Below are positions 46,153 through 55,289 of a stretch of 64,000 nt of DNA, one piece after another. The stretch spans positions 1 to 64,000 of IMG/VR virus record IMGVR_UViG_3300049027_000140. One strand, written 5' to 3'. The notes beneath the pieces are model-generated. The model was given only the letters and a program-made list of their open reading frames with translations, was not told the origin of the DNA and made no database searches. Every line of letters begins with the position of its first letter. Position 1 is the stretch's first letter. The DNA is from a virus. Both the position numbers and the translations under genes were made by a program.

Positions 46153-46664
46153 TGCCCGAGATCCTCCTCTCCCCCGGCGACATCTTCGCCAGCGGCTGCG
46201 AGGCGCTGGTCAACCCGGTCGACACCACGGCCGCCATGGGTGCCGGCCTCGCGCTGGCGTTCACCAAGCGCTTCTCGCAGCAGACGACGTGGTACCGCGA
46301 GCACGCCCGCCGCGGGTTCGCTGAGGCCGGCAGCGTCTACCACGTGCTGCCGCGCCGAGACGAGGAGAGGCTCTCCGCCGCGCGCTGGGTGCTGGAGCGG
46401 CACAGGGCCGGCGGACGCGCGCAGCCGCTCGTGCTGTTCGCCACGACCAAGGCGTCGTGGAAGAAACCCTCCGACCTCCGCTGGGTCATCGGCTGCTGCC
46501 AGGCGCTCGTGGACGTGGTGGCCGAGCTCGGCATCCGGTCGATCGGCATCCCGGCGCTGGGCTGCGGCGAGGGAAAGCTCTCCTGGACCGACGTGCGCCC
46601 GCTGCTGCTCGGCGCGGCGCAGCAGATGCAGTGCGAGCGCGTGGTGGTGTTTGAGCCAAGGTGA
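46149..46664 (+). CDS. macrodomain (DarG/TARG1-like ADP-ribosylhydrolase)
   Basis: GDIF...ALVNPV...MGAGLALAF...FATTKASW...SIGIPALGCGEGKLSW. Confidence 0.88.
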   Translation: MMPEILLSPGDIFASGCEALVNPVDTTAAMGAGLALAFTKRFSQQTTWYREHARRGFAEAGSVYHVLPRRDEERLSAARWVLERHRAGGRAQPLVLFATTKASWKKPSDLRWVIGCCQALVDVVAELGIRSIGIPALGCGEGKLSWTDVRPLLLGAAQQMQCERVVVFEPR

Positions 46665-47527
46665 TTGCGGATCTGCCCGACAGACATCATATTAGGATAT
46701 CGATGCAGCTGCCAATTGGACGCCGGTTGAAGCACAGCGACATCACGCCGGAGATGGAGACCGAGCTTGCGCGCCAGTGTCAGGCTGGCGACACGCGAGC
46801 CGGTGCCGCTCTGGTCATGGCGAACGAGCCCATGATCTACAAGTTCGTGCGGCGGTACTTTCGCAAAGGCGTCCGGACCGAGGACATCATGCAGGCGGCG
46901 CGGTTTGGGTTCTACCGCGGGATCTTACGATTCGACCCGGCCGTGGGCGCTCGGCTCACGACCTATGCGCTCTACTGGGCGAGGAACGAGGCGGTCGACG
47001 CACTCCAGGGCGAGGGGCCCACGATCCGCATCCCGCGGCACGTCTTCGACGCGATCTACAAGTCGGCGAAGACCGGAGAGGCACTGGATGAGGAGACGGC
47101 CGAGGCGGCGCGGCTGCTGACCACGCCGAGCCTCGACATCCCGGTGCGCAGGGACGGGTCCACGCGCGGCGACCTCGAGGTGAACCCGATGCCGGGCCCA
47201 GAAGCATCGGCCGAGGCCGACGACGCCCAGCGACGCCGCCGGGAGCTCATCCAGCGGGCGCTGACGTGGCTGACCGATCGGGAGCGCGAGATCGTCGAGC
47301 GTCGGTTCTGCGAGGAGCCGGAGAGCTACGAAGCGATCGGCGCCTCGCTCGGCTTCACGAAGCAGAGGACCGAGCAGATCATGAAACGCGCGCTGCCGAA
47401 GCTCGACCGGGCCGTGCGGCGCGTGATGGCGAAGGACGACTGGATGCTCTGGGGCGCGCGCGGGCCGCTGAAGCCGCTTGGGGAGACGGCGAGGGGCGAA
47501 GCGGAGAGCGTGGAGGTGGCGAGGTGA
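46661..47527 (+). CDS. sigma70-family RNA polymerase sigma factor
   Basis: region 1.2 ETELARQCQAGD, region 2 EDIMQ...FDPAVGARLTTYALYW, IRIP, region 4 LTDREREIVERRF...SYEAIG..LGFTKQRTEQI; start could be ATG near 46703. Confidence 0.9.
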   Translation: MIADLPDRHHIRISMQLPIGRRLKHSDITPEMETELARQCQAGDTRAGAALVMANEPMIYKFVRRYFRKGVRTEDIMQAARFGFYRGILRFDPAVGARLTTYALYWARNEAVDALQGEGPTIRIPRHVFDAIYKSAKTGEALDEETAEAARLLTTPSLDIPVRRDGSTRGDLEVNPMPGPEASAEADDAQRRRRELIQRALTWLTDREREIVERRFCEEPESYEAIGASLGFTKQRTEQIMKRALPKLDRAVRRVMAKDDWMLWGARGPLKPLGETARGEAESVEVAR

Positions 47528-48288
47528 GCGACGACGAGCAGCAAGACAGCGACCTCCCGCAGCGCCCCCGCGCGCGCGGCGACTGCGCCGGCGGTGCGCG
47601 CCCGTGTCCGTACGTCTCGTGCCGGCACCACCTCTACCTGGACGTGCCGCGCGGTGGGAGCGGCTTCCGGTTGACCCACCCTGACCTGGAGCCGTGGGAG
47701 CTCGAGGAGACGTGCTCGCTCGACGTGGCCGATCGCGGCGGTGGCACGCTGGAGGACGTGGCCGCGGTGATGAGCGTGACCCGCGAGCGCATCCGCCAGA
47801 TCGAAGAGCTGGCGCTGCGTCGGCTCCGTCCGATCGCGAACAGGGCGCTGAGCGACGATCTGCCAGCTCCACGCCGGGCGGCTCCCGTGGTGGCCCCGGT
47901 GCGACGCCTGCCGGTCCTCGCCCCGCCTCGGCCGCGCCCGGCCCTCATCGAAGCTCCGCGCGCTGAGCCGGTGGCGCCTCCGGTCGCGCCCGTTGAGGTC
48001 GAGGGTGCCCGCGAGGCGCCGCCCGCGCCTGTGGCCGAGCCGGAGCCCGTCAGTGCGCCGCTCCTGCCTGCGCCCCCTGCGGCCGTCGAGCCGCCCGCGC
48101 GCCCCGTTGTCCGGCGGCAGGTCTTCGGCACCATCGACGCCATCCCACCTGCTCCACCGGAACCGCCGCCGACAGGGCTGACGCCCGCCGAGATCCAGGC
48201 GGCCCGGATCGCGCGGATGCGCCCGCTGCGGCCACCGACGCGGAAGCCCGCCGGCGACGACGCATGGCCGCTCCGGGAGCGCGCATGA
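47524..48288 (+). CDS. myxobacterial-type Cys/His motif + sigma70 region-4 HTH protein with Pro-rich tail
   Basis: [25 protein letters not shown]...[29 protein letters not shown]. Confidence 0.8.
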   Translation: MSDDEQQDSDLPQRPRARGDCAGGARPCPYVSCRHHLYLDVPRGGSGFRLTHPDLEPWELEETCSLDVADRGGGTLEDVAAVMSVTRERIRQIEELALRRLRPIANRALSDDLPAPRRAAPVVAPVRRLPVLAPPRPRPALIEAPRAEPVAPPVAPVEVEGAREAPPAPVAEPEPVSAPLLPAPPAAVEPPARPVVRRQVFGTIDAIPPAPPEPPPTGLTPAEIQAARIARMRPLRPPTRKPAGDDAWPLRERA

Positions 48289-48512
48289 CCGACCAGAAGA
48301 AAGCTTCCGACGACCAGAAGGATCTTTCTCCCGTGCTGGACGCCGCTCGGCGTCGCCGGATGCGGGAGGCCGCGGAGAGGACGCGGTTCTTCAGTGACTG
48401 GAGCGGCCAGCTCGGCGGCATGCTCTCGTCCTGCCTCGACGCGCTGGAGCAGACGGAGCGGGAGCGCGACGTGCTGCGGGAGAGGCTCGCGGCGGCGGAA
48501 AGGGGCGCCTGA
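48285..48512 (+). CDS. hypothetical protein
   Basis: coupled. Confidence 0.55.
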   Translation: MTDQKKASDDQKDLSPVLDAARRRRMREAAERTRFFSDWSGQLGGMLSSCLDALEQTERERDVLRERLAAAERGA

Positions 48513-48513
48513 G

Positions 48514-48933
48514 ATGCCCTGCTATCGCGTGAACGTGAAGCCGATGACGCTGTGGGACGCGAAGGAAGCGGCCGGCTCCCAGCATGGCTGGAAGCGGAAG
48601 CGCCCCAAGCCAGGGCAAGGTCACCCGGGGCACCCGGACCTGTGGCCGGAGGAGGTCGCGACAGAGCGATCCGAGATCCTCCCGGGCGGGACATTCATCA
48701 TGTGCGGCGATCTCGGGCCACACTGCTCCGATCCGTCATGCGGCGCCGTCGGCGACAACCTCTGCGACTGGCCGATGGGCCGCGGGAAGACGTGTGACCT
48801 GCCGCTCTGCGACGAGCACGCGCGCGAGATCGGTATGGACCGGCACCTGTGCCCGGTTCACCACCCGATGTGGGTCAAGGCGGCCGGCGTCGAGCGCGTG
48901 AACCCGTGGCCGCCCCCGCCGAGGAAGCGATGA
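48514..48933 (+). CDS. Cys/His-rich conserved phage protein (LCDWP..GKTCD.PLC..HA...LCP.H)
   Basis: recognisable motif. Confidence 0.7.
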   Translation: MPCYRVNVKPMTLWDAKEAAGSQHGWKRKRPKPGQGHPGHPDLWPEEVATERSEILPGGTFIMCGDLGPHCSDPSCGAVGDNLCDWPMGRGKTCDLPLCDEHAREIGMDRHLCPVHHPMWVKAAGVERVNPWPPPPRKR

Positions 48934-49250
48934 CCCGCACGCTCGACTGGAGCACCGGCACCTTCAGCAACTTCGCGGGCGAGCCACTCACCATGGAGAA
49001 GCTCGCGGCCCCGATCGAGGCCTTCCGCCCGCCGGAGCCGTCTGTCGAAGCGCTGGAGCAAGCCTCTTTCCTCGGCTTCTTCGCCTTCGGCGTCCCCTGC
49101 TGCGCCGGCTGGGATGGTCGCCGCATCCGCGTGGTGGCGCTTGAGCCCGTCAGCCGGCTCGACCTCAACGTCGCCCGGATGAAGCTGCGGCGGTGGTACC
49201 CCGAGCTGGCCGAGGTGGTCGAGCTGGCGGCGGCGGGGAGGTGGCGGTGA
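48930..49250 (+). CDS. hypothetical protein
   Basis: coupled. Confidence 0.55.
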   Translation: MTRTLDWSTGTFSNFAGEPLTMEKLAAPIEAFRPPEPSVEALEQASFLGFFAFGVPCCAGWDGRRIRVVALEPVSRLDLNVARMKLRRWYPELAEVVELAAAGRWR

Positions 49251-49945
49251 GCCAGCTCGACCTGTTCGGCCTGACCGTCCGCGTCCCGCCGGCCCTGTGC
49301 CCGCCTGCGCTGAGAGCTGCCGAGCGGCGCCCCGTCCCCGCACCGCCACCGGAGACATCCGTTGCCACCTCGCCCGCCGTAGCGCTCGCGCTCGATCTCC
49401 GGGAGAGCCTCGACTACAACGACGGGCCGGGGACCACGGTCGCGAGCTACAGCCTGACCCTGCGCAACCCGCACTGGGGCGAGTGGTGCCGCGCCGGCTT
49501 GTGGGTCTCGGTCGAGCGGCATTTCGGCACGCGCCCCCACCGCTGGATGGCCGAGGTGTACCTGGAGCTCCCGGACGAGGCCCGCACGTGGTGGAAGGCG
49601 CACGAGATCTTCGCCAGTCAGGACGAGGCCGCGGCGGAGGCGGCCGCGATGGCGCTGGCGGCGCGCGCGATGCTGGAGGCGGCGATCCGCGGCGAGCCGG
49701 TGGAGACGCCAGGGCGGCGACGGCAGCGGGCCGCGGAGGCCCACGCGGGCGCCCTGCCAGAGGTCCAGGCGGCGGCGAGGAAGGTGGCCGCGGAGCGCGC
49801 CGCGCGGGACGCGATCGGCGCTGGCAACGACGGGTACCCCGAGGCACACCGACGCTACCTCGCCGCGAAGGACGCCGTCGATGGGCTGCGACGTCGCGCC
49901 GTGCAGGCGTTCTGCGAGGCGCACACGTGGCGGGAGTTCGTGTGA
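49247..49945 (+). CDS. hypothetical protein
   Basis: coupled. Confidence 0.6.
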   Translation: MSQLDLFGLTVRVPPALCPPALRAAERRPVPAPPPETSVATSPAVALALDLRESLDYNDGPGTTVASYSLTLRNPHWGEWCRAGLWVSVERHFGTRPHRWMAEVYLELPDEARTWWKAHEIFASQDEAAAEAAAMALAARAMLEAAIRGEPVETPGRRRQRAAEAHAGALPEVQAAARKVAAERAARDAIGAGNDGYPEAHRRYLAAKDAVDGLRRRAVQAFCEAHTWREFV

Positions 49946-50157
49946 TGGGAGGGCAGTTGTTGCGGAACGCGCAACAACTCAGCCTCTTCAGCGCCTCCAG
50001 CATCGGCCACCTGCTGGTCGAGCCCATCGACGGCGTGCCTGGCTGGCCGTGGTGCGTCCACGGCTCGGCGCCGCACTCGGCCTGGATCGAGCTCTACAAG
50101 AGCCGCGAGGAGGCCGAGGCGGACGCGCGGGCGATGCTGGAGCGCGGGCGGAGGTAG
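49945..50157 (+). CDS. hypothetical protein (last of rightward operon)
   Basis: coupled. Confidence 0.55.
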   Translation: MGGQLLRNAQQLSLFSASSIGHLLVEPIDGVPGWPWCVHGSAPHSAWIELYKSREEAEADARAMLERGRR

Positions 50158-50164
50158 AGCCGGT

Positions 50165-50353
50165 CTACCCGGCGGCCCACAACCTGGAGAGCGCCGCAGC
50201 CACGGCGCAGGCCAGGACGAAGACGGCGGGTCCGGTCACCTTCAGCTCAAAAGAGCTCTTTTGGGCTGGAACTGCCCCGAGTTCCAGATGGCGGTTGTCA
50301 ACCGGAACGACGGCGGGTACCTTCTCATGCGGAAGACGTTCGTGATTCGTCAT
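50165..50353 (-). CDS. 62-aa protein with C-terminal TM helix
   Basis: GGAGG RBS; PAVFVLACAVAAALSRLW. Confidence 0.55.
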   Translation of the reverse strand: MTNHERLPHEKVPAVVPVDNRHLELGAVPAQKSSFELKVTGPAVFVLACAVAAALSRLWAAG

Positions 50354-50366
50354 GGATGCCTCCACG

Positions 50367-50416
50367 AGCCCGGTCCCCCATCTCCGCCAAGAGCATGGGA
50401 CCGGGCTTCTGCTTTC
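50367..50416 (+). terminator. 11-bp GC hairpin with T-rich tail
   Basis: AGCCCGGTCCC...GGGACCGGGCT-tctgctttc. Confidence 0.55.
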
Positions 50417-50594
50417 AGGCGCACGAACCCAGCGCCACGCACACCGGTGCGTGAGCCGTGTTCGCTGACCTGGGCAGGAGCATGCCATCGAATCCGCGAA
50501 ACCCAAAGCGCGGGTGTAGGTCCAACGTCGCGCGGATGCACATTTCCGTGTCGGCGTCGTGGTTCACGTGGCGAAGGGCCGCCTTTTGCAAAGA

Positions 50595-50798
50595 TCACCC
50601 CTCCACCACCTCGACCGCTCGCCACCACCCTCCACAGCGCCACGTCGCCGCGACGATGCCCCCGCCGTCGTAGGTCACGTCGAGCAGCACGCCCGGCGCG
50701 GCCGGGTGCGGCACCGTGAGCGTCCCGACGGGCTCGTCGAGGGCGGCTTCAGCGATGGCTGCGAGGTCTTCGAGATCGTCGGGGGAGAGGTCGTCCAT
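50595..50798 (-). CDS. acidic hypothetical protein
   Basis: ORF with coding-like composition. Confidence 0.5.
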   Translation of the reverse strand: MDDLSPDDLEDLAAIAEAALDEPVGTLTVPHPAAPGVLLDVTYDGGGIVAATWRCGGWWRAVEVVEG

Positions 50799-50847
50799 GC
50801 CCGGAAGGTCGACGCGTGCGCGGGGCGGGTTGCGTCGGAAGTGTGCG

Positions 50848-51084
50848 CTACGGGCCGTCGCCTACGCGCTCGACGCGCAGCCTGCACCCTGCCGCCGACA
50901 GCAGCCGCACGACCGTCGACAGCGACGGATCCGCGGCGCCGGTGAGCGCCCGGCTGATGCTGCTCTGGGCGATGCCGGTCGCCACCTTCAGGTCGCGCTG
51001 CGAAAATCCTGCCGCGTCGATGGCGGCCGCGATCTGCTGGCGCAGTTCGGCGGTGAGGGTCGCGGGGTCGTCCTGGGGCATCAA
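50848..51084 (-). CDS. XRE-family HTH regulator
   Basis: FSQRDLKVATGIAQSSISRALTGAADPSLSTVVRLL. Confidence 0.85.
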   Translation of the reverse strand: MMPQDDPATLTAELRQQIAAAIDAAGFSQRDLKVATGIAQSSISRALTGAADPSLSTVVRLLSAAGCRLRVERVGDGP

Positions 51085-51593
51085 GACCAGTTTCCTGAGA
51101 AGCCCGGGTTCTCATCGCGCCACTCGGACACGATCTTCTCGTGGAGCGCGCGGTCCTCATCGTTGCCGCGCGCGAGGTAGCCCGCCCGCCGGCAGAGCGC
51201 CGTGTAGAGCTCGGCCTGGTCCTCGCCGTCGGTGCGGCGGAGGCGTTCGGCCGTGCCATCCTCCACCAGGCTTCCCGCAGCGCCCAGCAGGGCATCGGGT
51301 CGGCACGTCCAGAGGCAGGTGCCGTCGTTGACCACAACCCCGGCCTCGAACAGCGTGATCTTGAGGCCGGTGATGCCGGCCTCATTGAGAGCCGCCTTGA
51401 TCTGCCGAACCGACGGCGCCGGGGCCTCGACCGAGATGAGCGACGGGTCCTCGGCGGCCACAGCGCGCGCCTCCTCGACGGAGAGGCCCTCGCGGGCGCC
51501 CTCGGTCGGGTCCGCCGCCTTGCTCAGGAGGAGCCCGCTGCGCTCCGCCACCTCGATCGCCGTCCACCCCGTCAGCCGCACCGTCGTCGCCAT
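51081..51593 (-). CDS. hypothetical protein (conserved phage motif G..AI..AE..G..LSK..DP.EGAR.GL...EA)
   Basis: GGGAGG RBS; directly downstream of promoter. Confidence 0.7.
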   Translation of the reverse strand: MATTVRLTGWTAIEVAERSGLLLSKAADPTEGAREGLSVEEARAVAAEDPSLISVEAPAPSVRQIKAALNEAGITGLKITLFEAGVVVNDGTCLWTCRPDALLGAAGSLVEDGTAERLRRTDGEDQAELYTALCRRAGYLARGNDEDRALHEKIVSEWRDENPGFSGNWS

Positions 51594-51630
51594 GATCGTC
51601 TCCCTCCCGGCGCCGCGCGCCGATGGTCTA

Positions 51631-51659
51631 CTGATATCGTATACGCTATCAGCTGTCAA
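51631..51659 (-). promoter_or_regulatory. promoter TTGACA-17-TATCAG overlapped by 22-bp near-perfect palindrome CTGATATCGTATACGCTATCAG
   Basis: palindrome 51631-51652, -35 at 51654-51659. Confidence 0.7.
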
Positions 51660-52030
51660 GGGGCGTGCGCTGACGAGGTCACAGTAGCCGGCGCCATCGG
51701 GTGGACGCGCCTCCACCACCGGCGCCACAGCGGGTAGGCCGCGAACACGGCGCAGCCGACGAGCGCGGCGTAGGTGCCGGACCACACGAAGTAGAGCGCC
51801 CAGCAGAGCTCCTTGCCGATGAAGTACCACGTCGATGCGCGGTGGCACTCGACCGACGGCACCGCACGGGCGGCCTCGCGCTCTCGCAGCCGCTCGGACA
51901 CGGAGGCGTGCCCGAAGCTCAGGTAGACGGCGAGCGACCCGGCGAGCTCTCGCAGCTCGTGTCCGGTCGCCAGCCAGACGCCGAGGAGAACCGTCACCAC
52001 CACCGCATGCTCGAAGTGCCAAGTCTTCAT
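51656..52030 (-). CDS. multi-pass membrane protein
   Basis: several TM segments. Confidence 0.7.
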   Translation of the reverse strand: MKTWHFEHAVVVTVLLGVWLATGHELRELAGSLAVYLSFGHASVSERLREREAARAVPSVECHRASTWYFIGKELCWALYFVWSGTYAALVGCAVFAAYPLWRRWWRRVHPMAPATVTSSAHAP

Positions 52031-52218
52031 CCTCTGCCTCCCAGGGCTCTCGCCCTCTCGTCCGCTATCCGCGACGCGCCCGTCGCCCCCAGCCTTCGGT
52101 ACTCGCCGCACCACCGCTCGTGCTCGGCGTCCCGCGCGCCGCACGGGCAAAGATCCCGCCGCGGGTCGGCCCCGCGCTTCTGCGCCGCCTCCCAGTCCTC
52201 GAACGTCCGCTCCCGCAT
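52027..52218 (-). CDS. small Cys/His protein
   Basis: AGGAGG RBS. Confidence 0.55.
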   Translation of the reverse strand: MRERTFEDWEAAQKRGADPRRDLCPCGARDAEHERWCGEYRRLGATGASRIADERARALGGRG

Positions 52219-52282
52219 CGGGCCCTCCTGATAGAGAGGACGCCATCCAGCGGCGGATCGATCGCGGGCCGCGTCGATTTCT

Positions 52283-52717
52283 TCAGCCGCCGGGCGCTGG
52301 CCGGATCTCGTACTCCGGCCACGGCTCCAGGCCGCTCTCCTCGCGCCCGCGCATCCACCACTCGGCCGCGTCGCGCGACGGGAAGATGAAGGCCCGCTCG
52401 ATGGGGCCGAAGGCCTCCTCGTCGAGCCCGTTGCGGACGAGCCCTGAGAGGTAGGCGAGCGCCTCGTCGTCCTCGTCCTTGACGCGCAGGACCACGCCGC
52501 CCGGTGCAGGACCCGCCATGCTGTGCTCGGCCAGCCACTCCGTCTTCGCGCGCTCCGCATGCTCCAGCCGCACGCCTGCGCCGAGGAGCGCGGCCATGGC
52601 CTCGCGCTCGGTCTGCACGTGCTTTGCGGCGTCGTAGAGCCAGCTCGGCCCGGGGATGTACGCCTGACGCTCCTCGTGGAACCAGCGCAGGAAGTCGGCC
52701 CACGCCGGTGCGCTCAT
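52283..52717 (-). CDS. hypothetical protein
   Basis: coupled. Confidence 0.6.
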   Translation of the reverse strand: MSAPAWADFLRWFHEERQAYIPGPSWLYDAAKHVQTEREAMAALLGAGVRLEHAERAKTEWLAEHSMAGPAPGGVVLRVKDEDDEALAYLSGLVRNGLDEEAFGPIERAFIFPSRDAAEWWMRGREESGLEPWPEYEIRPAPGG

Positions 52718-53124
52718 CGGAACCCCAGGATGCGCGCGAGGTCCTCGACGCGCCGCTGTCCCGCCTCGACGGTGGCGCGGAGCTCCTCCGCCGTCTGCGG
52801 CAGCGGCTCCCCGCGCGCGGCGATGTTGTAGACGGTCTGCACGTAGGCATCGACGCGGTCCGTTGCCGCGGCGACTGGGGACCGCGCCGCCTCCTCGATG
52901 CCGACACGCTCGGCGAGTTCGACGGCCCGCTGCGCCTCACCGCGGTCGCCGACGATGAGCGCGAGCCTGGCGATGGTCTCCTCGCGGGCCTGTGCGCGCT
53001 GTGCCGAGGCGGCCAGGATGGGGTGCGTGGCGAGGGAGGGGAGGAGGGGCGTGAGCTTGAGCTTCGGCCGTTTCCCGGTCGCGGCGAGGCGCAGTGCGTG
53101 GAGCTTGGAGGGAGGCGCCCTCAT
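52714..53124 (-). CDS. hypothetical protein
   Basis: coupled. Confidence 0.55.
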   Translation of the reverse strand: MRAPPSKLHALRLAATGKRPKLKLTPLLPSLATHPILAASAQRAQAREETIARLALIVGDRGEAQRAVELAERVGIEEAARSPVAAATDRVDAYVQTVYNIAARGEPLPQTAEELRATVEAGQRRVEDLARILGFR

Positions 53125-53432
53125 CGGAGCGCCTCGATCCTCGCAGCAAGGTCGATGACGCGGCCGTAGAGCTCGTGGACGCGGCGCGCGTCGGAGGGCG
53201 AGAGCCCCACCGCCTCCACATTGACCCGCGCCGACATCGACGCCGTTTGCCGCAGCACGACGAGTTCGACCGCTGGGTGTCCACCCCGCGGGCACGGCGG
53301 GCGCCACGTCAGCATCATCCGGTCCGCGCGGAGTCCTTCCTCCCGCACGTCGCCGGCCGTCATGCCGGCGTGCTCCAGCCCGAACTCGATCACGAGCTCG
53401 GCGGCGCGCTGGATGAGGGCGACGGAGGTCAT
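53121..53432 (-). CDS. hypothetical protein
   Basis: coupled. Confidence 0.6.
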   Translation of the reverse strand: MTSVALIQRAAELVIEFGLEHAGMTAGDVREEGLRADRMMLTWRPPCPRGGHPAVELVVLRQTASMSARVNVEAVGLSPSDARRVHELYGRVIDLAARIEALR

Positions 53433-53611
53433 TGCGGGCCGTCCTTCGGACGCTTGAACAGGTACACGTCGGGTGCGTCGCCGGACGTGATGACCTGCAC
53501 GAGTTCCCAGCCAACGCCACCGAGTTCGTCCAGACCCGTGTCCAGCTTCCAGTCAGCGGTCTCCTGCATGATCTCCACTTCGGTCGCCCTGAGATATTCC
53601 CACTTGGTCAT
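53429..53611 (-). CDS. DUF4177-like small protein
   Basis: MTKWEY...LDELGGVGWELVQV...YLFKRP. Confidence 0.75.
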   Translation of the reverse strand: MTKWEYLRATEVEIMQETADWKLDTGLDELGGVGWELVQVITSGDAPDVYLFKRPKDGPQ

Positions 53612-54012
53612 CACGCCTCCTCCTCGTCCTTCGGTTCCGGCTCCTCGTCCCTGAACTCCTGCACGAGTCCAGGGCTCACGTACGCCCGGATGACCCGCCA
53701 CGCCCACGCCAGCCGCCGCGCAGCAGCCATGTGGAGGCGGAAGTGCCGCGAGGCGAGTCTGTGCGAGCGCTCCGCCTTCTCCTCGGCCGCCCGCGACCGC
53801 GCCTCTGCTGCGGCCTCCCGAGCCTTCAGCGCCACGATCTCGGCCTGCGCGTTCATGAGTTCAGCTTGAAGACGCGCTCGCTCGTCGCTCCAGTTGAGCG
53901 GCTCCGCACCATTGATCCGCGGCGAGGTCGTGGAGTAGCCGCGCTGGGCAAGGTCTGCGGCCACCCCGCGCGCGACCGAGACGCTGCCTCTTCTGTATGC
54001 CGCTGCACCCAT
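53611..54012 (-). CDS. coiled-coil hypothetical protein
   Basis: GAGGAGG RBS. Confidence 0.55.
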   Translation of the reverse strand: MGAAAYRRGSVSVARGVAADLAQRGYSTTSPRINGAEPLNWSDERARLQAELMNAQAEIVALKAREAAAEARSRAAEEKAERSHRLASRHFRLHMAAARRLAWAWRVIRAYVSPGLVQEFRDEEPEPKDEEEA

Positions 54013-54013
54013 G

Positions 54014-54220
54014 TTACGCCTCCTCGAACCCCTGCATGATGGCGAACAGCCTCTCCGCCTCCGCTGTCACCGCCTGCGCCAGATCGGCCGGCGTCGTCGG
54101 ATTCACCAGCTTTAGCGCCGCTCGGATGTGCCGCACCGCGCGGTCCAGCAGCTCCGCGGCGGCGACTGGGTCCTTGATGGCGCCCGCGATGCAGCGGCGC
54201 GCGGAGATGAGGTGTTGCAC
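54014..54220 (-). CDS. hypothetical protein
   Basis: GAAAGG RBS before GTG. Confidence 0.5.
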   Translation of the reverse strand: MQHLISARRCIAGAIKDPVAAAELLDRAVRHIRAALKLVNPTTPADLAQAVTAEAERLFAIMQGFEEA

Positions 54221-54243
54221 GGAGATGGCCTTTCGTCGAGTGA

Positions 54244-54762
54244 TTAAGCAGCTCGGACACGCACGCTGACCGACTCCGCGCCCGCGTCCCACGCCTCGCG
54301 CTTCAGCTGCTCGCACAGCTCCTCGGCGCCCTGCCGGTCAGCGGGCACCTTGCGGCAGTAGGCCAAGCGGCGCACGCCGTCACTGCCCGAGCTGTCGAGG
54401 ATCACCTGGTCGGCCGGGTAGAAGCCCGGCGCGCCGTGGACCTCGACCTCGAAGGCGTACTCCGTGCCGTCCGCCACGCCGCGCATCTCGGCCGCCTGCT
54501 CCTGGGTCAGCACCTCGGAGAACGCCCGCTTGATGGCGCGGCGGCTGCCCTCCGGCGCGGCCGCGCAGAGGACACCGAGCTTGCGAGGGTACGAGCCCGG
54601 GATCGAGCGGAGCCAGCGCGCGTGGACCGCGTGGCGGCGGAGCTCAGTGCCGAGCAGCCGCATCGCCGGAGCCGCGAGTAGGTAGGAGAGCTCGACCCGG
54701 AGGAGGGCGAGAGCCTGAGCCGGGGTGCCGATCCAGTCCTGGGCAGCGGGGCGACGGGGCAT
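54244..54762 (-). CDS. hypothetical protein, leaderless
   Basis: ATG 6 nt after TACTAA. Confidence 0.6.
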   Translation of the reverse strand: MPRRPAAQDWIGTPAQALALLRVELSYLLAAPAMRLLGTELRRHAVHARWLRSIPGSYPRKLGVLCAAAPEGSRRAIKRAFSEVLTQEQAAEMRGVADGTEYAFEVEVHGAPGFYPADQVILDSSGSDGVRRLAYCRKVPADRQGAEELCEQLKREAWDAGAESVSVRVRAA

Positions 54763-54768
54763 GTCTTA

Positions 54769-54796
54769 TTAGTAGCGCTTCGCTCTGTTAAGTCAA
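54769..54796 (-). promoter_or_regulatory. promoter TTGACT-16-TACTAA
   Basis: contains TAGCG-N3-CGCT partial operator. Confidence 0.6.
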
Positions 54797-54831
54797 CGGC
54801 AGCTCGGTGGGAATCGGCCGACTCCACGCCG

Positions 54832-54859
54832 TTGACATCCTAGCGCCCGTCGCTACCAT
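54832..54859 (+). promoter_or_regulatory. promoter TTGACA-16-TACCAT with operator TAGCG-N5-CGCTA
   Basis: operator 54841-54855 repeated at 55298-55314. Confidence 0.7.
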
Positions 54860-54895
54860 TGGCACGCGAGGTGCTATGAGGGAGCGAGGACGAGG

Positions 54896-55243
54896 ATGGT
54901 GAAGGGCGTGATGGGTCGGCCGCGTGGAGCTCCGCTGCCGGCGAGCGAACTGGCCGACGTAGGCGAAGGCATGGTGCGCGTGTTCCTGCGGGTGCCGCCG
55001 CCGCTCGCGGAAGGGATGGGCAAACCGAGGCAGCGGCCGGTCCACCTGGCGATCGCGGTCGAGCGGCTGCTGCTGACCGAGCCGCGGCCGCGCATCCCCG
55101 AGGTGATGGCCGAGGGGCCCGGTGCGCAGTGGACGGTCCTGCGCTGGCAGGCCGAGCGAATGGAGGAGCGCTTCGGGCTCGCAGATCGCGACCGCGCCTT
55201 CCTCCTGGCGATCGAGCGGTACATCTCAGAGATAGACCAGTAG
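54896..55243 (+). CDS. putative ribbon-helix-helix-like regulator
   Basis: MGRPR, MVRVFLRVPPPLAE alternating beta-strand then helices. Confidence 0.5.
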   Translation: MVKGVMGRPRGAPLPASELADVGEGMVRVFLRVPPPLAEGMGKPRQRPVHLAIAVERLLLTEPRPRIPEVMAEGPGAQWTVLRWQAERMEERFGLADRDRAFLLAIERYISEIDQ

Positions 55244-55289
55244 AGACGCTGCGTTAGGCGGCCCCCCGCAAGAACCGAATCACGGCCCG

